This document shows positions 1 through 12,018 of a DNA stretch of 59,688 bases, piece by piece. Source of the stretch: Octopus bimaculoides. Its lineage: Eukaryota. The stretch's first letter is position 1. Every line of letters begins with the position of its first letter. The stretch spans positions 183,866,475-183,926,162 of the forward strand of contig NC_068982.1 in the NCBI RefSeq assembly GCF_001194135.2, given 5' to 3'. The position numbers and the translations under genes are program-made. The notes below the pieces were generated by a model, which did not search any database, was not told the origin of the DNA, and saw nothing but the letters and a program-made list of their open reading frames with translations.

Positions 1-95
1 TGTGTGTGAGAGAGTGTGTGTGTGAGAGAGTGTGTGTGTGAGAGAGTGTGTGTGTGAGAGAGTGTGTGTGTGAGAGAGTGTGTGTGTGAGAGCGT
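1..95. repeat. compound (TG)n(AG)n repeat, about 14-16 bp unit
   Basis: tgtgtgtgagagag repeated from the window start. Confidence 0.9.
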
Positions 96-476
96 GCCTG
101 TGTGCCTATTTTATAGTTATTTGTTTTATTATTCTGAAAACTAAATGGATGTTTTATCCAGCATCTAAAGGATCACCCATCCCATGTTCAAAGGGATAAA
201 AACAGGAGAAACACCCAATGATCTGTTAAATCTACTGTACTTGGGCTGATGTATCAGATGGTTATTTGAGAGTTCTGGAATAATCGAATGGGTTGTAATT
301 TCAAATTTCACTTTGACCCATCACGTGATTTTAAGAATGGAACCTCGAGCTAACAAGAGAGACCTCGACATGAACACTGGCTCTACTAATAATAGCAACT
401 AAATTTCCTTCTAATCAAACCATGAACTTTTAATGACGGCGAGATATGTTGGATAATGTAGTTTTTAAGACACTCT

Positions 477-906
477 CTTTTACTCTTTTACTCTTTTACT
501 TGTTTCAGTCATTTAACTGCAGCCATGCTGGAGCACTGCGTTTAGTCGAGCAAATCGACCCCAGGACTTATTCTTTGAAAGCCTAGTACTTATTCTATCG
601 GACTCTTTTGCCGAACCGCTAAGTTACGGGGACGTAAACACACCAGCATCGGTTGTCAAGCGATGTCGGGGGGACAAACACACACACACAAACATACACA
701 CACATATATATATATATATATANNNNNNNNNNNNNATATACATATATACGACGGGCTTCTTTCAGTTTCCGTCTACCAAATCCACTCACAAGGCTTTGAT
801 CGGCCCGAGGCTATAGTAGAAGACACTTGCCCAAGATGCCATACAGTGGGACTGAACCCGAAACCATGTGGTTGGTAAGCAAGCTACTTACCACACAGCC
901 ACTCCT
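477..906 (-). mobile_element. tRNA-headed SINE, family C, full length with internal (CA)/(TA) microsatellite
   Basis: Reverse complement starts AGGAGTGGCTGTGTGGTAAG with A/B-box-like head, has a CTTGGGCAAGTGTCTTC core and a (AAAAGAGT)n-like tail; same sequence recurs many times in the window. Confidence 0.85.
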
Positions 907-1018
907 ATATATAAGTAACGAAATCAAGTGGAATTCAAATGGAAATTGTCATTGTCTTTTTCGTGTCAGACATACTTTGTGCGTGTGTGTGTGTGTGTGT
1001 GTGTGTATTACTTCTTTC

Positions 1019-1099
<81 letters not shown>

Positions 1100-3458
1100 T
1101 ACGACGGACTTCTTTCAGTTTCAGTCTACCAAATTCACTCACAAGGCTTTGTGAGTGAATCAAATGTACCGTGCATCAAATGTACCGTGCATAAACTGTA
1201 CCATATTTTGGATGTACCATTTATTAGATGAAACATATTTGATGAACCCTATTTCTTTCAAAGCTAATTATTAGTATTGCAAGAATATTAATTATAATTT
1301 AGATAATATGAGAGAATTTAGGAATTGGTTTACAATTCTTCAAGTTGTTTTTACTTCCAAATTACTTCCGACAGAGCAAATAAATATAGAAACAAAGTCT
1401 TTCAGGTTGTAACATACTATATGTATGACAACACTATTCATCATTTTTTGTACGGGCGGTAGGTTGTGATATAAGTCAGATTTGACTGTTGTTTCTAACA
1501 ATCCAAACAAACGTAGTGGTTCTTTCACTGGCATGCAGTTAAAATGTAGTTTTCAATAAGATTATATTAGCTTTTGAAATAATTAATCTCGCGATGGATT
1601 ATAGGAATCCATAATGATCATCTTATAACCAGTGGTTGAATTAAAATTAAAAGTTTTGTTTTTGTTGTTGTTGTTGCTCTTCTTCTTCTTCTTCTTCTTC
1701 TTCATCTTCTTCTTCTTCTTTTTCTTCTTCTTAAACTGTGCTGATCTATGATCAGAAGTAGACTTTTCATGACCACCACATCTTTTGCGAGTGTCTAGAA
1801 CAGTATTATGTGTATTTGAGACTTCTAAAATAGTGCAGTATGCTTTGAGATAGATTTGGTTGTTATTCCTAACAGATCAAGACACCGAATAGAGCTATGT
1901 ATCATCGATTCAATATATCTATTACAACTGGATATATCTGCATATATCTAGTCGCAATGACGAAGTCCATTGTTTCTCAACTCACTGCCGTTGACTCTGT
2001 TTACACGCATGAAGTGTACGACACCTTGGGAAGGTGTAATGTGTATACATTTCCAAAAGTCCGTTGCGACAGATCTTAATATCGAACCCGTATAGAAACC
2101 TAGCTCGTAACGAGTTGACTTCCACTTCTGAAAATTGAAGTCATTTTATGGCGTCAAACAATTTCTGAAATATTTATTATGGAAATGCTTCTCTACAATT
2201 ACAGTTTACATTTTATTTATTTCTTTAATTATTCTTCCTTCCGGCAAACTAGAAAAGCTGTATAGTTTAGAAGATAGGACATTAGAAGTTGAGGCCTTCA
2301 TGTTTTTCAAGTGGCTTAAATGAAGTGAAAAAGTGCTACAAGAGCAGCAATCAAGAATCGAAACCAAATCTCTTTGACAACTTACCACGAGATTATCTGT
2401 AACTTTATACCTTCTGTTCTAATTATTTATTGCTGTTGATGATGTCATAATTTAACCCTATTAAGCTACTGAAGACGATGGTTCCGTGGCCCGGAGTGTA
2501 AGAGGAGGTAGAGCGGAGTGAAGAAAATAATTCTGTAATGAAATATTGGGGTCACTAAAAGATGACGACTATTGCTCTGTCAGGATTTCCTCCATTGCTC
2601 TGGTGTCACGTGAAAGATCTTATTGTCTTCCAAGTAAAAAGTGGGTCACTAGTTAAGACTCATTCTTTGTGTATTTTTTTTTACAGAAGACTAAAATATT
2701 TGTTGATTTTTCTTTATCCGTCTTTTCAAAGTCGTTCATCTATTCTTTGTTTCTTTAATAATCGATAAACTCTTTCAACTAACTTCGTACTGGGTATCGC
2801 TGATGCTAAGCTAATTTTTCATCATTTTGTTTTGTTTCTTGCTGTAGTTGTTTTTTAAGGGGGGTGGGGGTTTGCTTTCCACTTTGTATTGTAGTTTGAT
2901 GATGATTACTTTATTCAGTGCTTAGAGCTGATTTTTATGGTCTTTGGTTCTCTTTCTTTACTCTGTATGTGAGTATGTATGTGCGTATATATTTATATGT
3001 GCGTGTGTATGTATGTATACATATTTACATATATATGTAATATATATATACTAATATAGGCGTGAGTGTATGTGTGCGTGTATATATATATATATATATA
3101 TATATATCAAAGTAACAAAATCAAGTAGAATTCAAATGGAAATTGTCATTGTTTTTTTCGTGTCAGACATACTTCGTGTGTGTGTGTGTGTGTGTGTTAC
3201 TTCCGTCTTTCTCTCTATCAACCCTTCTCGTTTAAAATGAGTGCAATTATTTGGGTAATATAATTAATTAATGAACCATTTTCTATTCTCTTACTCCATA
3301 CTGAAGATAAGCGACATACAGAAACAAACTGTCCATGAGTAATCTCTCAGAAGAAAATATTAAACATCAGATATATGAATAATAAAACGTCATGAGTTTA
3401 ATACATATAATGATGTCTTTAGAAAAAAATAGGTGGGAAGTGATTTTTATTATGATAA

Positions 3459-3600
3459 TTATGGCCGGGTCCCAACCCGGGCCGCAGCAACAAAGTCCAT
3501 CCGCTACACTTCTCGGTTCCTCATCACTGCTTCGAGGTCCTGGATACATTCCAGGCCAGTGTCTGCAATCAAGTTGTCGATGTGTGAGAACGTTTTCCTG
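3459..3600 (-). mobile_element. RTE-clade LINE 3' end fragment
   Basis: Translates RKTFSHIDNLIADTGLECIQDLEAVMRNREV*RMDFVAAARVGTRP*, resembling an RTE ORF C-terminus. Confidence 0.7.
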
Positions 3601-3729
3601 GCCCTTTGAAATACAGGTACAACAGAAACAGGAAGAAAGCGTGAGAGAAAGTTGTGGTGAAAGAGTACAACAGGGTTCACCACCATCCCCTGCCGGAGCC
3701 TCGTGGAACTTTAGGTGTTTTCGTTCAAT
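3601..3729 (-). mobile_element. SINE family A internal fragment
   Basis: Reverse complement matches the middle of the copy at 27055-27446. Confidence 0.85.
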
Positions 3730-3935
3730 TGTGAATGGGCTCCACATGACTAAATAGGCTAAATGGATGCTACACAAGGATGCTACGAATGGCCCTAAAT
3801 GTGAAATGGTAGCAACGTATGACAAATGAATGCCTTTATAGAGACCTGCCGAAAGTTAACGAGAAGATCAGGCAAAGACGGCTGCGATTATCTGGTCACT
3901 GCATGTACCACTCTGAACTGGAGGCGTTCAAATTA
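3730..3935 (+). mobile_element. RTE-clade LINE fragment, post-RT region
   Basis: RLNGCYTRMLRMALNVKW*QRMTNECLYRDLPKVNEKIRQRRLRLSGHCMYHSELEA, including the RRLR-x-GH motif typical of RTE. Confidence 0.8.
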
Positions 3936-4439
3936 GGTCGTTTTTTTTTTTTTATAAAAACACAAAATTATTTTAGTATGCTTTCATCCCTTATATGAAA
4001 AATAGATGAACCAATGACTTAAATACATATCTAATATATTTCAAAGTGACTTTTCACTTTTTTGTTAATTTTCGTTGGGTGTCCTGACAGACTGCTTCCA
4101 TTGTATGTGACAGATTGATTGCAGATAGTTTGATTTAAGTCATAATGTAATTCCAACATAATTTGGGTCTATTTACATGAGTTCTAAGAAAGTATGTCTA
4201 CATGCACATCAGACATTCTTAATCTTGCACCATATTTGTAGTCGTGTATTGTATATGATTAGTAAATACACACTACATATAACCGTTCTTCTATGTTTCG
4301 AAAGTATACCGTTCGTAAATATCTATAAGCTATAACCGTTCTAGCTTGTTTCTATAGTACATGGTTACTAATCACCTTCTACGTGTTATTGTTTGCTCGT
4401 AAAGTGTGGTTAGCAAATACCAGTACGTGTAACCTTTCT

Positions 4440-5340
4440 TCGTTGCTATAGTACATTAATCAAAGAATCATGCCATATATTACATTAGTCATGGAATCGT
4501 GTTATGGCGCATTAATCAAAGAACTATGCTATATATTACATTAGTCACGAAATCGTGCTATAGGACATTAATCAAGGAATCATACTATCAAAGAATCATG
4601 CTATACATTAGTCATGGAATCGTGTAATGGTGCATTAATCAAAGAACCTTGTTATATATTACATTAGTCACGGAATCGTGCTATAGTACATTAATCAAAG
4701 AATCATGCCATATATTACATTAGTCATGGAATCGTGTTATAGTGTATTAATCAAATAACGTTGTTATATATTACATTAGTCATGGAATGGTGCTATAGTA
4801 CATTAANNNNNNNNNNTGGTACATTATTCAAATAACGTTGTTATAGATTACATTAGTCATGGAATCGTGCTATAGTACATTAATCAAAGAATCATACTAT
4901 ATATTACATTAGTCATAGAATCGTGTTATAGTGCATTAATCAAAGAACCATGTTATATATTACATTAGTCATGGAATGGAATCGTGCTGTACTACATTAA
5001 TCAAAGAACCTTGTTATATTTTACATTAGTCACAAATCGTGCTATAGTACATTAGTCACGAAATCGTGTTATGGTGCATTAGTCATAGAATTATGCTGTA
5101 TGTTATCGTAGTCAAAAAATTTTGCTATACACTACAGTAACCAAAGTATCATGCTATACACTGTAGTAGTTAAAGAACGGTTTTATGGAAGAGTAGTCAA
5201 AGAATCATGCTATATATTACTGTAGCCAAAGAATCCTATTTTATAATGCACTAGTCAAAGAATGGTTCGATATGCTACAGTAATCAAAGAACCATGTTAT
5301 GGTCTATTAGTGAAAGAACCATTAGTCAAAGACTATTCCT
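4440..5340. repeat. minisatellite, about 57-bp dimer of about 28-bp monomers
   Basis: tatagtacattaatcaaagaatcatgccatatattacattagtcatggaatcgtg repeated, degenerating toward the ends. Confidence 0.9.
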
Positions 5341-5399
5341 GTAGTCAAAGTAATATTAGAATAATGATGTGTACAATATTTTTTTTTCTATGTTCATAT

Positions 5400-5560
5400 C
5401 CATACCAATAACTATACCGATATTGATGTCTGTATGGAAATTTTCAATCTAGAATTTGCCTTCGTTATTAATCAATTTATGTTGTCTTTAAAGTTCAGCG
5501 ATTCATCTAACAAAGTGCTAAGATATTCTTTGGAAAATTGTGGATAGAATACGCCCGTCA
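5400..5560 (-). mobile_element. highly decayed CR1/L2-like LINE fragment
   Basis: YLSTLLDESLNFKDNIN*LITKANSRLK resembles the post-RT YLG-x-xD-xxL-F...KA motif. Confidence 0.4.
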
Positions 5561-5959
5561 CCATGCCACCACCATTATATCCGATAAAAAAAAATGTTGT
5601 AATATTAATTTAATAGTCTCTTTGGGTTAAGAGAATGTATTCAGTCTTTTCAGGGTAAATTGGCATTTAATACTTATCAAAGAACTCAAGGAAGAGTCCA
5701 CATATTGGAGTAATTCATTTCTGCTTCTATTATTTTCGTTTCTTTATGGAAATAAAGCAGAACAGTATCATATTCCTTACTTTTATAGATTAATCAAACA
5801 AATTGGAGGAGAAATGGTGAGGTGGCATCTCAGCCCACGTCTTCGTTAATATTCCATCTTCTAACTTGTTCAGTTGAACATCTGCGGGCCGGCACCTGTA
5901 GGGAAAAATAACATTGGCAGAGAAAGAGTTTCAACGGGGTGGTGGGGGAACAGTTCTGG

Positions 5960-5962
5960 AAA

Positions 5963-6004
<42 letters not shown>

Positions 6005-6730
6005 AGTAGTTGTAACATCCATGACGATGATGGTTTGTGGTAGTAGTGAGAGGAGACTGAAATATGAGGTTGGAGGAGGAGAAGGTTGTTCACACGGTGG
6101 ATGTTATTGTGATAGTGATGGTATTGGTGGTGCATTGGTGTTTGAAGGTAGTAGTAGTAGTAGTAGTGGTGGTGGTGGTGGTGGTGGTGGTGGTGGTAGT
6201 AGTAGNNNNNNNNNNNNNNNNNNNNNNNNNNNNNNNNNNNNNNNNNNNNNNNNNNNNNNNNNNNNNNNNNNNNNNNNNNNNNNNNNNNNNNNNNNNNNNN
6301 NNNNNNNNNNNNNNNNNNNNNNNNNGCCATTCACAGTCGCTTCTAATTGTGATGATGGTAACGTAGGTAATGACTGTGGAGTGGTTGAGATGACGGCGCT
6401 TATGGTGATGATGATGATGATGATGATGATCATGATGATGATGATCATGATCATGATCATGGTGATATTAGTAGTGGTAGTGGTAATGGTGATGGGGATA
6501 TGCGTTGGTGATGGTGGGAAAGATAATGTCGATGGTGATGATGGTGGTGGTGATGATGACGGTAATTCTGACGACGACGACGACGACGACGACGACGATG
6601 ATGATGGTGATGATGATGAGGATGATGATGAGGATGATGATGAGGATGATGGTGATGATGACGACGATGACGATAATGATGATGATGATGATGATGATGA
6701 TGGTTATGGTGTGGGTGTTGATCCTGATTA
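5960..6730. repeat. compound simple repeats (GAAA)n, (GGT)n, (GAT)n, (GAC)n
   Basis: Direct reading. Confidence 0.9.
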
Positions 6731-7129
6731 GGTGAATTCGATGCTGAAATCCGTGTACTTTCACTGCAGCACTAATGTATGACACGTTGTGGTAGGAGGT
6801 AGGAGGTAGATAGTAGAAGTGTGAGGACGTTGTAGTAAAGTAGGTGAAGGGAGAAGGAGAAGGAAGAGGAGGGGGAGGAGGAGGTTGGTCACAAAAACAG
6901 CAAAATCGTTTCGTCTAAATATAAAATAAAAACATAAACAAGAAATCATAAATAACAATATAAACATGTTTTGAACTAATCGATACATTGTCACAGATCA
7001 ATGTCCTGAATGAACTTTGGGACTGATCGATTGGAAACTCCTTCAGGCTGCCTTTTTGACTAACTAAAACACACACACTCACACACTCACACTGGTGTAT
7101 GTATGTATGTACGTACGTATGTATAAATC

Positions 7130-7160
<31 letters not shown>

Positions 7161-7974
7161 NNNNNNNNNNNNNNNNNNNNNNNNNNNNNNNNNNNNNNNN
7201 NNNNNNNNNNNNNNNNNNNNNNNNNNNNNNNNNNNNNNNNNNNNNNNNNNNNNNNNNNNNNNNNNNNNNNNNNNNNNNNNNNNNNNNNNNNNNNNNNNNN
7301 NNNNNNNNNNNNNNNNNNNNNNNNNNNNNNNNNNNNNNNNNNNNNNNNNNNNNNNNNNNNNNNNNNNNNNNNNNNNNNNNNNNNNNNNNNNNNNNNNNNN
7401 NNNNNNNNNNNNNNNNNNNNNNNNNNNNNNNNNNNNNNNNNNNNNNNNNNNNNNNNNNNNNNNNNNNNNNNNNNNNNNNNNNNNNNNNNNNNNNNNNNNN
7501 NNNNNNNNNNNNNNNNNNNNNNNNNNNNNNNNNNNNNNNNNNNNNNNNNNNNNNNNNNNNNNNNNNNNNNNNNNNNNNNNNNNNNNNNNNNNNNNNNNNN
7601 NNNNNNNNNNNNNNNNNNNNNNNNNNNNNNNNNNNNNNNNNNNNNNNNNNNNNNNNNNNNNNNNNNNNNNNNNNNNNNNNNNNNNNNNNNNNNNNNNNNN
7701 NNNNNNNNNNNNNNNNNNNNNNNNNNNNNNNNNNNNNNNNNNNNNNNNNNNNNNNNNNNNNNNNNNNNNNNNNNNNNNNNNNNNNNNNNNNNNNNNNNNN
7801 NNNNNNNNNNNNNNNNNNNNNNNNNNNNNNNNNNNNNNNNNNNNNNNNNNNNNNNNNNNNNNNNNNNNNNNNNNNNNNNNNNNNNNNNNNNNNNNNNNNN
7901 NNNNNNNCAACGCAATAGAAACTGCTGCAGCACAATGTATATTCTTAAATAAACTCAGCCTTGCTGTCCCCTAA

Positions 7975-8360
7975 CATCTTAACAGCAGAAGCACACCTAC
8001 TGCCGACTAAAAGCAGTATCCTCTATTAACTGTCACATAACAAGAGTACCATCTATCAACTGTCAGCTAACAATGGTACCATGTAACAACCGCCATATAA
8101 CAACAGCACCGTGTACCAGACTTCCACCTAACAACAGTACCATCCATGAATTGCCAATTTATAGGAACAACAGCACCATCTATCAATTATCACTTAACAA
8201 CAATATACCATCTAATGTATCAACTTTCGTCTAACAACGCTATCCTGCATTAACTTCCACCTAACAATTATGCCATCAATGAACTGACGCCTGGTAGCAA
8301 CAGTTGCATATTTACATACATCAAACTGTCACCTTACAATACCAACTGTGCCGTGTGACA
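7975..8360. repeat. degenerate minisatellite, about 30-bp unit
   Basis: Recurring taacaacagtaccatctatcaactgtca-like units. Confidence 0.6.
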
Positions 8361-8600
8361 GTTNNNNNNNNNNGTGTGTGTGTGTGTGTGTGTGTATGCA
8401 TACACTTTGAGTGTCTAAATGCGTTTATCCGAGTCTGAGCGTGTGTCTATTCCCCTATAGTGTGTTTCTGTATGCGTGCGTCTGTATATGCGTCTCTGCA
8501 TCTGATGGAGTATATGTACGTATTTGTCTGTAGATCTCAACCTCTCGATATATGTCTATGTTTTTTTTTTGTCTGTATGTCTATGCGTATGTCTAGGTTC

Positions 8601-8646
<46 letters not shown>

Positions 8647-9541
8647 AAAAATAACATTTAGCTCACAGATAAGCAATCTGTCACTAAACTTTGTCAACGC
8701 AATAGAAACTGCTGCAGCACAATGTATATTCTTAAATAAACTCGGCTTTGCTGTCTCCTAACATCTTAACAGCAGAAGCACACCTACTGCCGACNNNNNN
8801 NNNNNNNNNNNNNNNNNNNNNNNNNNNNNNNNNNNNNNNNNNNNNNNNNNNNNNNNNNNNNNNNNNNNNNNNNNNNNNNNNNNNNNNNNNNNNNNNNNNN
8901 NNNNNNNNNNNNNNNNNNNNNNNNNNNNNNNNNNNNNNNNNNNNNNNNNNNNNNNNNNNNNNNNNNNNNNNNNNNNNNNNNNNNNNNNNNNNNNNNNNNN
9001 NNNNNNNNNNNNNNNNNNNNNNNNNNNNNNNNNNNNNNNNNNNNNNNNNNNNNNNNNNNNNNNNNNNNNNNNNNNNNNNNNNNNNNNNNNNNNNNNNNNN
9101 NNNNNNNNNNNNNNNNNNNNNNNNNNNNNNNNNNNNNNNNNNNNNNNNNNNNNNNNNNNNNNNNNNNNNNNNNNNNNNNNNNNNNNNNNNNNNNNNNNNN
9201 NNNNNNNNNNNNNNNNNNNNNNNNNNNNNNNNNNNNNNNNNNNNNNNNNNNNNNNNNNNNNNNNNNNNNNNNNNNNNNNNNNNNNNNNNNNNNNNNNNNN
9301 NNNNNNNNNNNNNNNNNNNNNNNNNNNNNNNNNNNNNNNNNNNNNNNNNNNNNNNNNNNNNNNNNNNNNNNNNNNNNNNNNNNNNNNNNNNNNNNNNNNN
9401 NNNNNNNNNNNNNNNNNNNNNNNNNNNNNNNNNNNNNNNNNNNNNNNNNNNNNNNNNNNNNNNNNNNNNNNNNNNNNNNNNNNNNNNNNNNNNNNNNNNN
9501 NNNNNNNNNNNNNNNNNNNNNNNNNNNNNNNNNNNNNNNNN

Positions 9542-9925
9542 GTGGTATTTCGTCTGTCTTTAGGTTCTGAGTTCAAATTCCGCCGAGGTCGACTTTGCCT
9601 TTTATCCTTTCGGGGTTGATAAATTAAGTAACAGTTTCGCACTGGGGTCGATGTAATCGACTTAATCCCTTTGTCTGTCCTTGTTTGTCCCTTCTGTGTT
9701 TAACCCCAAGTGGGCAATAAAGAAATAAGAAATGTTAGCACGCCGTGCGAAATACTTAGTGGTATTTCGTCTGTCTTTAGGTTCTGAGTTCAAATTCCGC
9801 CGAGGTCGACTTTGCCTTTCATCCTTTTGGGTTCGATAAATCAAGTACCAGTTGCGTACTAGAGTCAATCTAATCGACTGGCCCCCTCCCCCAAAATTTC
9901 GGGCCTTGTGCCTAGAACAGAAAAG
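9542..9925 (+). mobile_element. two consecutive SINE family B copies
   Basis: GAGTTCAAATTCC B-box and GCCTTT(C/T)ATCCTTT...GAT...AAGTACCAG-like core twice; first tail AATAAAGAAATAAGAA is followed directly by a head-less second copy. Confidence 0.85.
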
Positions 9926-11021
9926 AATATTATCGTGCATGAACTGTCGCCTAACAACGTCTGTGAGTTGTCACCTGATCACAGGTCTCCATATATTAAC
10001 ACTCACCCTAAGAAAGGTAAATGCCGTAAGGGTTTAAAGCAGTGGTTTTCAACTGGGGTCCATATGGCCCTTTGGGGGAAGGGGTGTTCATATAAGATTT
10101 TGTTGTTAAAATGTATGTGCATAAAGCGTAAAGCCGAAAAAAATGCAGCTATATATTTAGTCCGGCGTAGTAACGATTCTACCAGCTCGCCACCTTTACC
10201 CACTGTAATATGTCGCCTTAAAATATTTTACTTCACCCCACTCACTACACAGTCACATGTATCACCTTAAAATATATTTAATTCGACCCATCTCACTGTG
10301 ATATGTGTCACCTTAAAACAGGTCCCCCAGAAACAGAACTCCGATCTAGACAGTTATTCCTCAGGAATGAGATTGCATCAACATTTCTGCTAGAAATGGA
10401 ACAACCATGTCAATTGACTCTTAGAAGCGGAGACAGCCATATTATTTACCTACGAGTAAGAAGACACTAGTGCTAGTTTTTACCTTAGATAGAAGACAGC
10501 AACGTTAAATGTCCTCTAGATACGAAGCACTAGCGCCACTGCCGTATTTCTTCAGAAACGAAACAATCTCAAATGTCTCCAGTAATCAGAATGCCTGTGC
10601 AATAAATTTATACCAAAACGACACTTGTAGTTTCCGAAATCTGAGCAAGGTGAAACTCTAAACCCCTTCACATGAAATAAATCTTTATTCCAAATTAACC
10701 TGGTGGTTGGTGGAATGACAGAATGAAATTTCGAGATCAATTCTTCTTATTACAGAATATCTGAATAGAATTGGAACTTCGTATACTTTTATCGAATTTC
10801 ATTTGTCGTTTTAAAACTATAAATCATGTACAATGTCCAGTTTATATATATATATATATTATCCTTCTCATATAAATGTATTTATTCTGATCTATAACAT
10901 CTTATTCTATATACAGCATCTATCTTCTATAGAGTTTCTAGTTATTATATAACATTATATTTAACAGCTATATAATTTATATGCTCAGTTACACTGATAT
11001 GTAAAATATATACTATCGGGC

Positions 11022-11093
<72 letters not shown>

Positions 11094-11369
11094 NNNNNNN
11101 NNNNNNNNNNNNNNNNNNNNNNNNNNNNNNNNNNNNNNNNNNNNNNNNNNNNNNNNNNNNNNNNNNNNNNNNNNNNNNNNNNNNNNNNNNNNNNNNNNNN
11201 NNNNNNNNNNNNNNNNNNNNNNNNNNNNNNNNNNNNNNNNNNNNNNNNNNNNNNNNNNNNNNNNNNNNNNNNNNNNNNNNNNNNNNNNNNNNNNNNNNNN
11301 NNNNNNNGGGGAGGGGAGGAGGAGGAAGGGAAGAAGAAGAAGAAGAAGAAGAAGAAGAAGAAGAAGACA

Positions 11370-11575
11370 GAGGACAAGAAAGTCCGAAAGTACCAAGACC
11401 AATGGTTAACAGTGAGAAGAATCCACAGAACCCGTGATCGGTGCAATTGGAACCATCTCAAAGAGAGCAATATTCTGACATCAAAAAAGATGCAAATGAC
11501 AAACTTCTTAAGAATTCTTTAGATGGCAGCAATACTTGAAACAGTCGAAGCTTCAGAATGGAGCTAAGACGTGAC
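11370..11575 (+). mobile_element. R4/Dong-like LINE 3' end, REL region, decayed
   Basis: KYQD...PVIGAIGTISK-like translation followed by an (AAC)/(AAT) array. Confidence 0.55.
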
Positions 11576-11640
11576 ATAGATAAGTGACAGGAAAAGTTAA
11601 ATTGATGACAACAACAACAACAACAATAATAATAATAATG

Positions 11641-11683
<43 letters not shown>

Positions 11684-11821
11684 GCACTACTGGGTACTGC
11701 ACACATTCTACGCAAAACACTTTCAATACAGTAAACATAAGAGCACCACAGCACATACCCAAGGCGCACAGAGCTGCGCTCGGTAGTGAAGTGAAAGCAC
11801 GTTATAAAAATAAAACTACTG
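11684..11821 (+). mobile_element. R4/Dong-like LINE extreme 3' end and 3' UTR within (AAT)n
   Basis: ALLGTAHILRKTLSIQ*, flanked on both sides by (AAT)n. Confidence 0.8.
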
Positions 11822-11843
11822 AATAATAATAATAATAATAATA

Positions 11844-12018
11844 AGGCCTGAAATTTGGGGAACAGGGATAATCGATTACATCGACACCAGTGTTTTACTG
11901 GTACTTAATTTCTCGACTTCGAAAGGATGAAAGGCAAAGTCGACTTCGGCGGAGTTTGAACTTAGAATGTTGCGACAGGCGAAATACCGCTAAGCATTTA
12001 GTCCGGCGTGCTATCGTC
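11844..12018 (-). mobile_element. SINE family B
   Basis: Reverse complement of the family B core and head. Confidence 0.8.

Noticed and set aside
1340-1534. 64-aa minus-strand ORF
   Set aside because: No recognisable motif or splice signals; length expected by chance
5830-6785. Long ORFs (166-285 aa) with poly-D/M/G/H
   Set aside because: Translation of trinucleotide microsatellites spanning an N gap; several frames are open and no domain is present
6915-9642. ORFs of 260-330 aa
   Set aside because: Almost entirely X from assembly gaps; the same applies to ORFs over the other N runs
10040-10075. hAT-like terminus CAGTGGTTTTCAAC; similar orphan ends near 27610 and 47575-47588
   Set aside because: No matching partner TIR or TSD nearby
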